DNA from: Octopus sinensis
Lineage: Eukaryota
NCBI RefSeq assembly: GCF_006345805.1
Contig: NC_043007.1
Span: 49,972,001 to 50,036,000, forward strand
Direction of reading: 5' to 3'
DNA length: 64,000 bases
The notes under the pieces were generated by a model. It was not told where the DNA came from. It saw nothing but the letters and a program-made list of their open reading frames with translations, and searched no databases. Within the stretch, counting starts at the first letter, position 1. Each line of letters begins with the position of its first letter. Made by a program: the position numbers and the translations under genes. Shown here one piece after another: positions 1 through 13,385 of this stretch.

Positions 1-279
1 GAGAAACAGAGGCTATTAAATATCGTATGATAGAGCTCAACGTTAGTGAAGACAGAAATGAAAGTGAACAGACATATTACATGTCGCCTGTCTTTTGTTA
101 TATAATATGTCAGCAAGTTGTAAGTTAAATGGAGTTAGATATCTCATCTACCATTGAGATTACCAGTTTCCCTATAGATTTATAGATTATCTTACACTAT
201 TACACTCTTCACAATTAATACTAGCTTTCACTATTTACGTACTCTCATTCATAAATTTGAAACAAATTGTTTCTCTTTT

Positions 280-367
280 TTCCCTGACGAGATGATTGCA
301 TTTGTTTTACATAATTTTTATTTCCTCCAGAATAATATCCATGCTTTCTTCGAAACATATGTGGGAA
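280..367 (+). ncRNA. Degenerate type-I hammerhead ribozyme
   Basis: TTCC(280-283)-CTGACGA(284-290)-stem II GATGATTGCAT/ATGCTTTCTTC (8 of 11 pairs)-GAAA(352-355)-CATATG-TG-GGAA(364-367). Palindromic stem III ACATATGT; cleavage triplet is GUG (non-permissive). Confidence 0.5.
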
Positions 368-567
368 GCATAAATGATTTGAATAACACCTGCGTTTGAT
401 TCCATTTCTTAATTTTCTATGTAATACAAAAACATTTCACTCAACCCTGGAATTTCTATCTTTATAAGCAGGCTGTAATATCCTTAGCACTTGTGTGAAC
501 TTTTGCTACCCTGGTAACTATTTATTTTTTCCGTGCTATTTGTACACATTGAAAAAATACACATACG

Positions 568-570
568 TTT

Positions 571-601
<31 letters not shown>

Positions 602-645
602 TATATAATATATATATATATATATATTATATATATAATATATAT

Positions 646-680
<35 letters not shown>
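568..680. repeat. (TA)n microsatellite
   Basis: Direct reading; occasional phase shifts. Confidence 0.95.
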
Positions 681-1795
681 TAAGGTATGTAGAAAAATAC
701 AACATGGACAAGAACGTATAACTCTTAGAAGACGATACAATAAACATGGACAGGACATTCGAACCCCTCAGTCTTCAGTCAAGACCGGATCATCGTAGTA
801 ATTTCGGCTGATTATCTTGAGATTACTAGATCACGGCCAGCCCTCCAAGAAAAACTAAGCACGAGCATTAGAAAAACTAAGCTGGAAGCGTAGATTTCCT
901 GGAAGAAGGATCGAATGCATACGAACACCAGGACAGCAAAAGGGACAGATATAAAAAAAACAAAAAACAAAAAACAATAATGGAATACAGAAACATGAAA
1001 TACAGAAGCATTAACGGTGAAAACAACAAGTGTCTTACGACTGATAACAAGCAAACAAATTTTTTCTCTGGCGCATTGGAAAAAGCCTTTATAGCGGCGG
1101 ACGAAAAACAACGATGTTAACACGACGAGGGTCAGGAGCTGAAAGGCAGATTTCGGCCAACAGTCACGTGACAGAGAAGAGGGAAAAGAAAAGAAAGAGA
1201 AGCAAAGGAAGAGAGAGAGAGAAGGGGGACAAAACGCAACAAAGAGAGAGAAGAGAGAGAAAGAAGGAATCAGAGAGGAGAAGAGATGGGTGTCGAAGAA
1301 TGACCTGTGAGTGCAGAGCGAGACAAAGAAATAGGAGGGTAGTGGAAGACTAGACCAAAGGATCAGAGGAAAGAGAAGATGAATAGAGAGAAAAGAGAGA
1401 GAGAGGGGGACAGATCAAGTAAAAATGAGAGAGAGAGAGAGACAAACAGAGAGTCGTACCAATTATTAAGAATATGTGTTCACATTAATGATAAGGGGGG
1501 TACGGGGCGCCTGGAATATATGTTAAGGTATGTAGAAAAATACAACATGGACAAGAACGTATAACTCTTAGAAGACGATACAATAAACATGGACAGGACA
1601 TTCGAACCCCTCAGTCTTCAGTCAAGAACCGGATCATCGTAGTAATTTCGGCTGATTAATCTTGAGATTACTAGATCACGGCCAGCCCTCCAAGAAAAAC
1701 TAAGCAACGAGCATTAGAAAAACTAAGCTGGAAGCGTAGATTTCCTGGAAGAAGGATCGAATGCATACGAACACCAGGACAGCAAAAGGGACAGA
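681..1795. repeat. Head-to-tail repeat with 843-bp period: about 270-bp direct repeats (681-949 and 1524-1795) around a purine-rich spacer
   Basis: TAAGGTATGTAGAAAAATAC...GGGACAGA occurs twice, differing only by about 3 single-A indels. Flanked by (TA)n and (TACA)n. Confidence 0.9.
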
Positions 1796-1799
1796 CACA

Positions 1800-1830
1800 T
1801 GCATACATACATATACATACATACATACAT

Positions 1831-1870
<40 letters not shown>

Positions 1871-1990
1871 ACATACATACATACATACATACATACATAC
1901 ATACATACATACACACACACACATACATACATACATACATACATACATACATACATACATACATACATACATACATACATGTGTGTGTGT
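1800..1990. repeat. (TACA)n/(CA)n microsatellite
   Basis: Direct reading. Confidence 0.95.
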
Positions 1991-2344
1991 ATAGGTGTTT
2001 GAACATTCTCTGAAGCATTGCGATGTGTGAGCAAGATCATTTGTGTTAATAAAACAGAATAAAATGTGGGGTTGTTAGCAAATTTGAAACAAAGGTGTAG
2101 AAGAGTATAAAAATTCTATTTTTAATATTCGAATATTTCGAGATAATAAAAAACACTTCATTAGGTAACTAAGTCCGTTTATAGTCAGCTCAATCTGTTT
2201 TGTGAAAAAATAAAAGGTTCTCTTACTATTTGGAATTGAAGTATTAAAAAAAAAAAAAGCAGAATTTCTGGTTTTCGATTGTGGCTTTAAATAAACACAA
2301 TAATGAGCACGTATATATATGCATTCATAGATACATAATATATA

Positions 2345-2410
2345 TGAGGGGTGCTGAAAAGTTCCTGGCTTTGGGTGAAAGAAAATACAGGAGGATCAGT
2401 TAATTATGGT
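2345..2410 (+). mobile_element. Possible mariner-type terminal inverted repeat fragment
   Basis: TA-preceded GAGGGGTGCTGAAAAGTTCCTGGC resembles mariner/MITE ends; no partner TIR found. Confidence 0.3.
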
Positions 2411-2419
2411 TGTTGAAAA

Positions 2420-4690
2420 AATTGATTATAATAAATGGGTGTCAGCAAGAATTTATATGAAGAAAAAATAATAAAATCCTGGTATGCGCTGATTTTTCAA
2501 TAGGTTTAAATAGATGTTTGATGCCGCATACTTACTTGTTACCAAGCCCGGGGGAAATGTTTCTGTAGTTGTTGAATGGAGGAAAATGACTTTTACAAAT
2601 TTGGACCTATTTGAAGCATACTTGAAGGTACAAGTTGATGACGAATGTTCAAAGTTATTGACAATAAATACCCATAAATGATTGTATAAATTTAATCGAC
2701 TTCCTTTTGGTATAAATGTAGCATCTGGCATTTACCAACAAGTTATGGACACTATGCTCGCAGGTTCGGATTTCGCTGTAGCTTACTTTGACGACATATT
2801 CATAAAAAGTGAATCTCGGGTCAACATGTTGAGCATGTTAAAAGGGACTTCGAAGAAATAAAAGATTATGCGAGGAAAAGAGTGAATATTTTATGCCAGG
2901 AATAAAATATCTAGGGTAGGTTATTGATGAAAATGGACGCAAACCAGACCCGTCAAGGGCGAGTGAAATAAAAAATATGCCTCCTCTGACAAACATGTTT
3001 CAAATATTTTGGGAGCCTGCAAATTACTACTAGGTATACATACCGAATATGCATGATTTAAGAGCACCTCTGAATAACTTATTAAAAAAAGACGTTAAGC
3101 GGAATTGGTCGGACAAGTGCCAAAAAGCTTTTGAAGAAATTAAAAATGTCATACCGTCGGAATTGTCGTTATCATATTTTGACCCGAATTTAGAAATAGC
3201 AGTAGCATCAGATGCTAGTGAAAGTGGTATAGGAGCTGTGATTTTACACAAATATGAAGATGGTAGCCTGAAAGCCGTAGTTCAGGCTTTGCGTTCATTA
3301 TTGTCGGCTGAGAAAAATTACAGTCAAATAGAAAAGGAAGCATTAGCCATCATATTTGCAGTAGAAAAATTCCATAAATTTATACATGGAAGAATATTCC
3401 ATATACAGATCACTGCCCATTATTGTCGATCTATGGATAAAAAACGAGTATCCTCACACATACAGACAACACATTACAGAGCAGGGGAACAATCCTACTG
3501 AATTATGACTTCAAAATGGAGTATTTGCTATATAAAAAATGCAGATGGTTTGTCAAGGTCAATACCAAAATGCAGAGAACCACTAGAAGAACACAGTGAT
3601 TGCGGCGTTAGGAGCCGAGAATGAAATAAAAATATACATTGTGCAACGTTGTGCGAGAATTGCCTGTGGCTTTGGGGAAAATAAAAATGAAGGCCGAGAC
3701 GGACGAGTTAATCATGAGAATGAAAATAAATAGTGAGATCAGAAGAAACAAATAAAAACATACATGTGGGTGGACGTATCACGGTTTCGAATTTGTATCC
3801 GATATGTGATAGTGTTCTTATGTATGCACAGAGGGCCGTAATGCCTGTCTCACTACAAAATCGAATATGAAATAAATTCCACACGAAGTCGCTTATGAAG
3901 AGTAAAGTTTACTGGCCAAAAATGAATCTAGACATTGAGAAGTTGGTAAAATACTGCAGAGGTTGTACTCTTGCAGCGAAATCACCACCTATAAAATTTC
4001 AATGTTAAACGGATCATTATCTAACAGTGGTAGTTTAGCTTTACAAAATGGCCAGAAATGTGTGAATGTCGAAAACTGAACTCCACAGTAACAGTGGAAA
4101 TTCTGCATGAACGTTTTGCGTGGAATGGTGTCCCGGATAACATAGTCTCCGATAACGGTACGCAATTTATGGCGAATGCATATTTGCAAGATGTACGCAA
4201 TTGAACATATTACTACACCTCCATATCACCCAAGATCGAACGGATTAGCTGAATGCTTTGTGGACACGTTCAAAAGGGCGCTAAAGCAATCCGGAAATGA
4301 GTTAGTAGATGATGTAACATTGATACAATTCCTGAGAGTTTACTGTGTAACCCCAAACACAAGTACCTGTTCATGCAAGTCCCATGTTGAAATGATGCTC
4401 ACAAGTTATTACCCGGAAGAAACTAAAAACTAGGGAGAACACTATAAATTCTACCAAGTATTGAAAAACTGGTGATAAGGTGTTTTGAAAGAGTACAGAA
4501 ATAGAAAAGAAGGTTGGGAAGACAGCAAATATAATAAAACGGGTCGGTAAAATGTTGTACATAGTGAAATGTTCGAAATGGGAACATAAAGGACAAATAA
4601 GTCAGCTGAAAAGGTTTGCTGAAGACAGGGTTACAAGGAAAATGTACTCATGGAAGTTACTGAATTGTTGGAGGTAGTTCCAAAAGGAGA
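2420..4690 (+). mobile_element. Ty3/gypsy (K02A2.6-like) LTR retrotransposon pol remnant: RT, RNase H, integrase; frameshifted
   Basis: CADFSIGLN; YFDD at 2784-2795; RNase H ASDASESGIGAV...NYSQIEKEALAIIFAVEKFH (ORF 3049-3501); integrase ITTPPYHPRSNGLAECFVDTFKRAL (4176-4433). Domain order RT-RH-IN is the gypsy order. Confidence 0.9.
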
Positions 4691-5379
4691 AAAATATATT
4701 CTACATAAAGCTAGCTTATACACTGGGTCTAAAAAACACTCTCGTATGTAGCTTTAGAAAATACACGCAAGACTAGTTTCTCATACATACTAGCACATAG
4801 TAATTGAAATGTACCCTAGCAATTGATCAGAATAATATAGCACACTACCCAACACTAAATATAAACCATTATGTACAATCAGATGATTGAATATGATATA
4901 ATATATAATAATGCCTAATACATCGAAACCCATAGATGCCTACACACCATAGTTGACACCTTTACCCAAACACAAACACCGCCAATTGCACCTACAACTG
5001 ATATAACTCCTTCCCTAAGACCGAAATGGAGTACTATTCCAGTACGAAATTATTAATTAATTAGAATTGTACGGTTTACCCTCCTTTAGCATTACACAGT
5101 ATTACCGATAGTTGTATAAACATATATATATCCATGTAAATATTTTCTTTTTCTTTTAAAAAAACCTTTTTAAAAAGAAAACGCGTAGTTAACACTATAA
5201 CACAGCGCAAGTCCTTAAATCCCTAAATACTTAATGTTTAATACTCTATGCCTTACTAGTATAAGTTTTAGCACTGAATAACTACAGGTTAGCATAACAA
5301 CTAACCACCGCTCTTCTATTATTATTTTTTTTATTTACTTTTTAATTTATTTGATTTATTTTGTTTTATTTGTTAACCA

Positions 5380-6373
5380 TCAACGAACCAGAACCACGCC
5401 ATGTCTTTCAAAAATATAGCTGACCAATTAGGTTGGAGGACTGACCATGACTCCACCCCACTACACATACGGATTTCGAGACTTGTTGGTAGGCAAAAAG
5501 TAACGAACACTAACATCACACTTTGACCCCATCTCGTCCCTTTCTCTCATTAATGCACTGATATACCTAATTTCCCAAGATGAGTTCATCATCATAAGCT
5601 GCTTATGCCATACAATCCGCAAGGTTGTACCTATTAACTTTACATATAAACTTTCACCTCCATAGCACGGACCATACCTTCAAACCCACCACTGAAGTTC
5701 TATGTAAACATAATGTTAGCTACTGCCTAAAATTATCCTTCCTGAAAAACCTCCTCCTGAATTTATTCACCTATGCACCATTGGACGAAATAGCATGGAC
5801 CTGATAATACATCATGGGAAGTCTGTATCTTATTTCATCTGGCTATACCCAAATCATTATAGTAAGATGTACTTCACTCACATCTTCATGTTTGTTCTTG
5901 TTCTTACTCCTATTCTTTTTCTACTCTTTTTCTTAAAAAGACAAACACACTATAGCGATTATTAACTGTTTTTTATATGTGCTAGCCCTCCCAACCACTT
6001 AGATCCTCTGAAGAAGCCTAGAGGCATATTCATTATCCAAGTCTTGCCACCTCATCCCAACACAACACTGAAGAGATGGAGACAACCTGGAAGATTTCCT
6101 TGTCTCTTGGCAGAAACGGCCGTAAGGAACTAGCACCTACTGACAATCTGCTCATTTGCTCATGTACTCATTCAATCACCTATTCCTATATGATCATACC
6201 CTTCCACACCCTTGTTCTTGCAATTACCAACTCTTTATATTTGATATTCTGTACTACTAATAAATATGTATGTATTCATGTAATACATTCTAATACATTG
6301 GAATAAATAGACATACTGGAAGGTTTACTGGCTGATGTCTGTCCATTTTGTATCCTCTCCACTTTCTTATTTG

Positions 6374-6375
<2 letters not shown>
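5380..6375 (+). mobile_element. Probable Penelope-like pseudo-LTR / non-autonomous remnant
   Basis: Contains the HHR motif at 6000-6132 and ends at a (TA)n tract; no coding domain recognised. Confidence 0.35.
6000..6132 (+). ncRNA. Type-I hammerhead ribozyme with expanded stem II
   Basis: TAGATCCT/AGGAACTA stem I (7 of 8 pairs); CTGAAGA 6008-6014; GAAA 6113-6116; palindromic stem III ACGGCCGT; GUA site at 6122-6124. Confidence 0.6.
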
Positions 6376-6419
<44 letters not shown>

Positions 6420-6498
6420 CTTATATTATCATATGACTGAGCGCCACGCATCCTCTTCCAAGTAAGTTTTATCTATCTATTTATATGTATGTATATAT

Positions 6499-6552
<54 letters not shown>

Positions 6553-6573
<21 letters not shown>

Positions 6574-6752
6574 TGTGTGTCTGTCTTTGTCTCCCGATGA
6601 TGGTGTGTTACGTTCCCGTAACTTAGCGATTCGGCAAAAGGCACCGATGGAATAAGTATTAGGCTTACAAAGAATAAGTCCTAGGATCGATTTCTGCAAC
6701 GAAAGACTGTACTCCAGCATGACCGTAGTCGACTGACTGAAACAAATAAAAA
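6553..6752 (+). mobile_element. tRNA-derived SINE family A, 3' half
   Basis: CCCGTAACTTAGCG...CTCCAGCATG...ACTGAAACAA shared with the copy at 41888-42305. Confidence 0.8.
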
Positions 6753-6875
6753 ATATATATGTTTGTGTATATATATATCTGTGTGTGTATATGTGGGTGT
6801 ATATATGTATATATATATATATATGTAGATATATACATATATATGTATATAATAAGTATGTTTTATATGTATATG

Positions 6876-6952
<77 letters not shown>

Positions 6953-7949
6953 CTGTGTGTGTGTTATGGCCTCCTCGTAAATGTCATTACAGGGCATATC
7001 TTCTATGATATTCAATTACAGACATAATCTAAGTTTAGTTTTAATTCTTAAGCGATAAGTATCAATTTATCGGGGGAAACGAAATAATTAGCGTTGCTCC
7101 ACTCGAGGTGAGAGAGGTCAGTCGTCAGACACTCTTCATGGTCACCAGATAGAATAACATAGATAAGAGAGAAACAATGGAAATTGTCACACATTTAATA
7201 CTTTGTTATGACCTTTCCATTACTGCCGCTTTGTTCGTTCCATCCCGTTCCAAATGCATTGTTACTGTACATTGATTTAGGTATTGAGTTAGGGTTTTGG
7301 TCAGAGTTTTGCCAGATACCTCTAGGTTCGATACACAACATCACTAGATGTTTATTATGCGCGTTGCTGTTACTGTTGTTCTTTAGCAGAAGTTCAACAT
7401 TTATTTAGCAGATCTCAAATCCCAAAGCATTCCAGCCATGATAACCCGGTCCCTTTGGCATTTAGGACTAAAGTAACTGATGTTTCCATCGCTTACTTAA
7501 GATTGTATGACAAAGTTTGATGCAGATTTGGCTGTTGTCTCTTATAATTCGAGCATCCACTTAGAATCATTCTCTCGGTAGTTTGTTGTTTGAAATAGTG
7601 TTACATCGTCCTTGGTGAGTTTGAGCAGACCTTTGACCACAGTATTACAACTTCAGTCAACCTGTAGTTTTAGCCATTTAGGACAATATTAATTGATGTG
7701 TTCTTGCTATTTTTCAGTTGGCAAGATGTAAGTTGATAAAGATTTGACTATTTTTTCTCAAAAGCCGAATAAATGTGCAGAGTCTCCGCATTTGTTCAAT
7801 TCATACTGATGCTATTGTAAGTAAAGGAAGTATACCACACGAAGGAACACAGAATTTCATAATTTTCCTTTCGATACAATACATGATTGGTTGCAATAAA
7901 AGGTATGTGAGCATTATTAAGTTTTTTGTTTTTCCTCGAATTATGTTCT

Positions 7950-9300
7950 GAATTAATTCAAATAATCCAACAAGCAAGCACATCTCTAGATATAATGCAA
8001 ACCTATCTGTGTGTGACAGAATATTTCCTCGCTGCGGCATATTTTACCTGGCTGGAGGTTAGAGACAGAATAAAATTTGTAGATTTCATGCAGGTAGCCA
8101 TTTTTAAAATCTAGCCTCGCCCACCTACACCCCTGCAATGTTGCATTTCATTTAACTTCTACAGTTCAAAGATACGCAGAAATTCTTTCTTCACTCTCTA
8201 AAATATCAGATTATTAAATTTGTTATCGTGGGAGAACTTATCCAACTACCGGAGAAACGTACGAAGATTTAGTCTGGCAGAGCAACACCACTTTAAAAAG
8301 CGCTGTGAATCCAGTCATCGTCAATAACCTTCTTTTACCTGAATTCTTTCTCTCTGCTGGTTTTTTGAAGCACAACTTTTGCATCATGAAATTCCTGCGG
8401 TATCTCCTATCTTCATAGCGTACGCCATCAAAACATATGAAAGATTCCAGAGCATGCATCACAACTTGAATTCAGGCACAATTCTTCCAGAAACGTTCGC
8501 TTCAATTTACCGAAGTGAACGTTTACACAGCTGTATCTACCGTGAAAAGAGTCCATTTACACAATTTTTAGATATTTAATATACACCACCATAATAATTT
8601 CTCTATAAAATCAACTTTGATTAATGCATAACTCTCACAATCGATACACATTCCGTCACCATCATTCCATCTCCAGTCACAGATCTATCTGTATCTCCAT
8701 CGCACACAACTCGCCCATCTCAGCCTCGCTGCGGAATTTATCTGGTTTTAGTGATCGATAACGAGCTGAAATTTGATATTGAATACAATTTTTGCCGAAT
8801 CGCGTAACAGCTTAAAGGGAATTCTGCACACAAACCGAATACACAGAAAATAACATTGTGACAGTTAGGAGTCCGACCATATATGACAAATCCTTCACTT
8901 ACCACCTCAACAATACAGTGCCTACCTTCACGATCTCGTTATCAGGTAATAGCTATCCAACATTTCTATCTCTCACTAGCCAGATTTCACGCTCAAGAAA
9001 CGAACCAACTTTTCCAATAACTATCCCTTCAAAGTCAGCATAATCGTTGCAGTCTGCAAGTTAGCAATGCGATACTTAAAGTGAACCTGCATACACAGCT
9101 TGCCCATTTAGGAACATACTGAAGTTCCTACCGGAATTATGGCTCCACAATACGAGATTAAAAACCAAAGTATATTGATCTAACATTGCACTCCGCCGAA
9201 CGAATAAGATTTCGCCAGCTTACATTCTTTATAGTCTGAGAGGATTACATGAAATGAATGTTACATTATCAGCATAATTCAGCAATTGTGCGTCCGAATA
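7950..9300. mobile_element. Highly decayed CR1/L2-like LINE RT remnant(s)
   Basis: YADD-like LLNYADNVTF on minus near 9265; YLVLVIDNELKF-like on plus near 8740; SYVSPV-like near 8250. Strands inconsistent, weak. Confidence 0.3.
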
Positions 9301-9310
9301 ATCACACACG

Positions 9311-9345
<35 letters not shown>

Positions 9346-9358
9346 CACACACAACACA

Positions 9359-9410
<52 letters not shown>

Positions 9411-9659
9411 ACATACGCCTCATTACTATTTAGTCAAATACTGGAACCAGAACACTGTGTTTAATATTAGAAATGTAGATTAAAAAGTCGGGAACTTGTG
9501 GATTAAGAAGAATAGATTCAAAGTTCTGTTATCGCAGTGTAAGAGCAATACTCAACACTGAACTGAATGAAAGAAACAGGTTCGTGACTTACAGTTTCAA
9601 CATCATTAATTGTTCAATTACTGAAAAATACGAAAATTGCTGACAGAAAAATGTGAAAA

Positions 9660-10772
9660 TTGTTGACAATGCATAGAATGCAGTACCCTAAGGCAGATAT
9701 AAAACGACTTTATCTGTCAAATGAGGGGAGGGAGGGCGTGGACTTTTACAACCGGAATTAACAATGAAGATTGCCACAATTGACATTGACACCTACCTGA
9801 AAAACTTTGATGACTGTATGTTAAAACTTGTTTCAAAAGTGAAAACAAGAAAGCGTCATACTCAGTAACAAAACAGGCAAAGGAGTATCTAAGTGAATTC
9901 CAAATACAACAAATTCCAGAATTAGACGTACTAGAAACAATCACAGAAAAGGCTAAGCGCATGAAAATCTGTGCTAAAACTACTGCCTTAGATATTCTGA
10001 CTGATAAATGGCAAGAAAAACCTCTCAATGACAAATACCCCAAGAGAGCTAATAATGCCGATGTTGACGAAGCCCTTATCTATCAATGGTTAATGGCTTT
10101 TGGCTTAAAATCAGAAACAGAAGGGTTTATCATAGCCTACCTACAAGAAACTACCAGGCCAACATACGACAGCTGCCCAACATGTCGAGTATGTCAACAA
10201 CAAAATGAAACCATTGACCTTGTTGTTTCCATTTGCAGTCTTGCGCCTACATAATATTTCAACAGGCATATATTCACTGGGTAATTTGAAAAAAACTGGC
10301 CTTGCCATATGATAAAAAATTGGTGGGAACACAAATCATATCCAGTGCTTGAAAATAATCACATCTCACTCCTCTGGAACTTCACCATTCAAACTGACAG
10401 AAAGATAGATGCAAATAGGCCAGACATTATATTGACAGACAAAAATCATGCCACCTTATTGATATGGCTGTTCCAATCGATATAAACCTATCTGTCAAGA
10501 CCTACCAAAAACTGAGCAAGTATAAAGATCTTGAAATAGAAATTGATAAAATGTGAAACCTGAAGACTAAAACAATACCTGTTGTCATAGGTGTCCTAGG
10601 AATGATAGCAAAAGGGGCTGATTGGTACCTAGCTCAGATACCAGGAAAACCTAAAATAGTAGAATTTCAAAAGATAATGTTTATAGGAACTGCTCATATC
10701 CTACGTAAAATACTGTCTATGTAACCTCAAATTTTAAAACAAACTCACAATTTTCTTGTTTTCTTAAACATG
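9660..10772 (+). mobile_element. R4/Dong-like RLE non-LTR retrotransposon, 3' portion
   Basis: YPKADIKRLYL..GRGLLQ; CRVC..ETIDLVVSIC zinc finger; RPDIIL..D..K restriction-like endonuclease (about 10414 onward); IPVVIGVLG...GTAHILRKILSM C-terminus; joined to (TTA)n. Confidence 0.85.
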
Positions 10773-10799
10773 TTATTATTATTATTATTATTATTATTA

Positions 10800-10830
<31 letters not shown>

Positions 10831-10896
10831 CATCATTAATAATAATAATATATATGCGTTTCTGCGTGTGTATATGCACATTTATACATATATATG

Positions 10897-10952
<56 letters not shown>

Positions 10953-10960
10953 TATATATA
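10773..10960. repeat. (TTA)n followed by (TA)n microsatellites
   Basis: Direct reading. Confidence 0.95.
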
Positions 10961-10976
10961 AATATATAAAATATTA

Positions 10977-11108
10977 TTTGAGACAAAACCACTATTTTGC
11001 AAAACAAACAGGAAAGACTTAATCAATACATAAATTTAATAAATAGTCATTTTATGTATTGATAAGTCTTTCCTTGTTTGTTTTGCAAAATAGTGGTTTT
11101 GTCTCAAA
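10977..11108. repeat. Near-perfect hairpin: 58-bp arms, 16-nt loop
   Basis: TTTGAGACAAAACC...CAATACATAAA (10977-11034) is the reverse complement of 11051-11108 apart from two single-A indels. Confidence 0.9.
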
Positions 11109-11194
11109 TATATTTTATAATATTTTACTATAAAATTGGATTTAATCCTAAATCTGATTTTTTTTCCCTGTAAATTTGGATATTCCCTAATATT

Positions 11195-11243
<49 letters not shown>

Positions 11244-11259
11244 GTGTGTGTGTTGTGTG

Positions 11260-11307
<48 letters not shown>

Positions 11308-11529
11308 GTATATACATACATACATACATACATACATACATACATACATACTTACATATACATATATGTATTCACATTTATATATAAGTAGATCAATATC
11401 TCTCTGCCTGTCTATCTATATCTATCTAGCTATCTATCTGCCTATATAACCATCTGTCTGTCTAGCTTTCTAATATGTGTGTATGTGTGTGTGTGTTTGT
11501 ATGGTGTACGCATGTAAATGTGTGTGTGT

Positions 11530-11593
<64 letters not shown>

Positions 11594-13206
11594 GTGCGTG
11601 TGCATCAGACGAGATTTAGAAAGTGAATATACATCGTGACATTTTACACTCATTGAATCTTATTTTCAGATTGTCTTTCTGTTTTCTGTTTCAGCCTAAA
11701 CTCCATATTTGTCTTTGCCCCTATTCATTTATTTCTATTTTCTTCTCTCTTCCCAAATTTTTTCTTCGGTTTTTCTTCTCTGCTCTACGTCAACATGTCT
11801 TCAACTATGTACGTGAGTTATCCAACTTTTAAAATGTATTTAAACCGGATCAGGAAATTGTCATGTGAAATAAACAAACAAATATACAAGACGATACAAA
11901 CAAACGTAATAACAACGAAACATGTAACAAATTGAACGAATTGATCTGTTCACAGATTACATCGTTTAGCTGTTATTACTACTATCAAGGCGAAAATATA
12001 AAAGGCACAGCGCTGACAGATATGGCGTCTTAGATCTGGGGAAAAGACATGACACGTAAATGAGAGAAAGGGTGCTAAAGTTATAAGGGGCTGGTCCCCA
12101 AGAAACACACGTCCTACACAAAAGAGCAGTGTTAAACTGTTTAATCTACATTTGTGGAATGATCTTCACTTTTAATGATTGTTCTTAATAATTTATATAT
12201 TTTACCGAGTTTTCTTTTCTCCTTTATATTTGGAATTTTGTCGTTTGTTTCGTTATCTTTTTCTAATCGTTTGGCAAAAGATAGTTACTCAGACAACGTG
12301 AAAAAAGTGTGTTCTCAGCATTCTTCAAGGAGTGGCCCGCATCATGATTTGTTCAAAAATTCAAACGACTTAACAACTTTATACATATATATATATACAC
12401 ACACGTCTGTATGTGTGTACATATGTATGAATGTATGTATATGTGTAAGTATATGTGTGTGTGTCTATATACATATACACATATACATGTATATATACAT
12501 ACGCGCACACATACACACACATATATGTATTTATTTATATATATATATATATAAGCACAGACATGTACACATACATACGTGTGCGTGTATGTATGTGCGT
12601 GTACGTGCATGCGTGCGCGTGCGTGTGTGCGCGCGTGTGTGTGTGTGTGTGTATGTGTGTGCTGAGAAATCTCAAGAAAATACGACTTAATGAAAGACGA
12701 AATAAAATCAATTGGAGGAATCTTGTTACACACGTCTTTTCCACGTTTTGCTTTGCCTTGCCAAAACAAATCAATGTCGCTGTTAACACACAACACACCG
12801 CCATTTTCTATCGTTAGAGAAACACTTCAATCTGTTAACTTGTCAATACAGCAGCAAAAACACATCGTGTACCACATTGATGTTTCTAATGTAAACACAA
12901 TCACAGTCTTATTTTGTATTTACTACCAACTTCACATGCAACGGACGGTTGTTTTCTCAGGATTCACAAAATAAGAGCTGAATACACTATGGAGACATCT
13001 CAAACTAGGTTTTTCTCTTGATTATATTTCGTTGTTTTCAAGATAGACACGTTTAGACACGCGCGCATGCACACACACACACACACAGAGAAAAGTACTC
13101 GCTTCACTTTGTGTGCGCGTGCATACGTGCGCGTGTATACATGTGTGCATATATATGTGCAGTGTATGCATGTAATATGCTTGTATATGTTAATATATTA
13201 TACAAT

Positions 13207-13385
13207 AGGCGAGCTGGCAGAAACGTTAGCACACCGGGCGAAATGCTTAGCGATATTTCGTGTGCCGTTATGTTCTGAGTTCAAATTCCGCCGAGGTCGA
13301 CTTTGCCTTTCAACCTTTCGTGGTCGGTTAAATAAGAACCAGTTATGCATTGGGGTCGATGTAATCGACTTAATCCATTTGATAA
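13207..13385 (+). mobile_element. tRNA-derived SINE family B
   Basis: GGCGAGCTGGCAGAAACGTTAGCAC...GAGTTCAAATTCCGCC (A/B-box-like)...GTCGATGTAATCGAC. Confidence 0.85.

Noticed and set aside
4612-4655. CTGAAGA...GAAA...TC
   Set aside because: No stem II; lies at the gypsy integrase 3' end.
7075-7145. Minus-strand CTGACGA...GCAACGCTA
   Set aside because: GAAA and stem I not recoverable.
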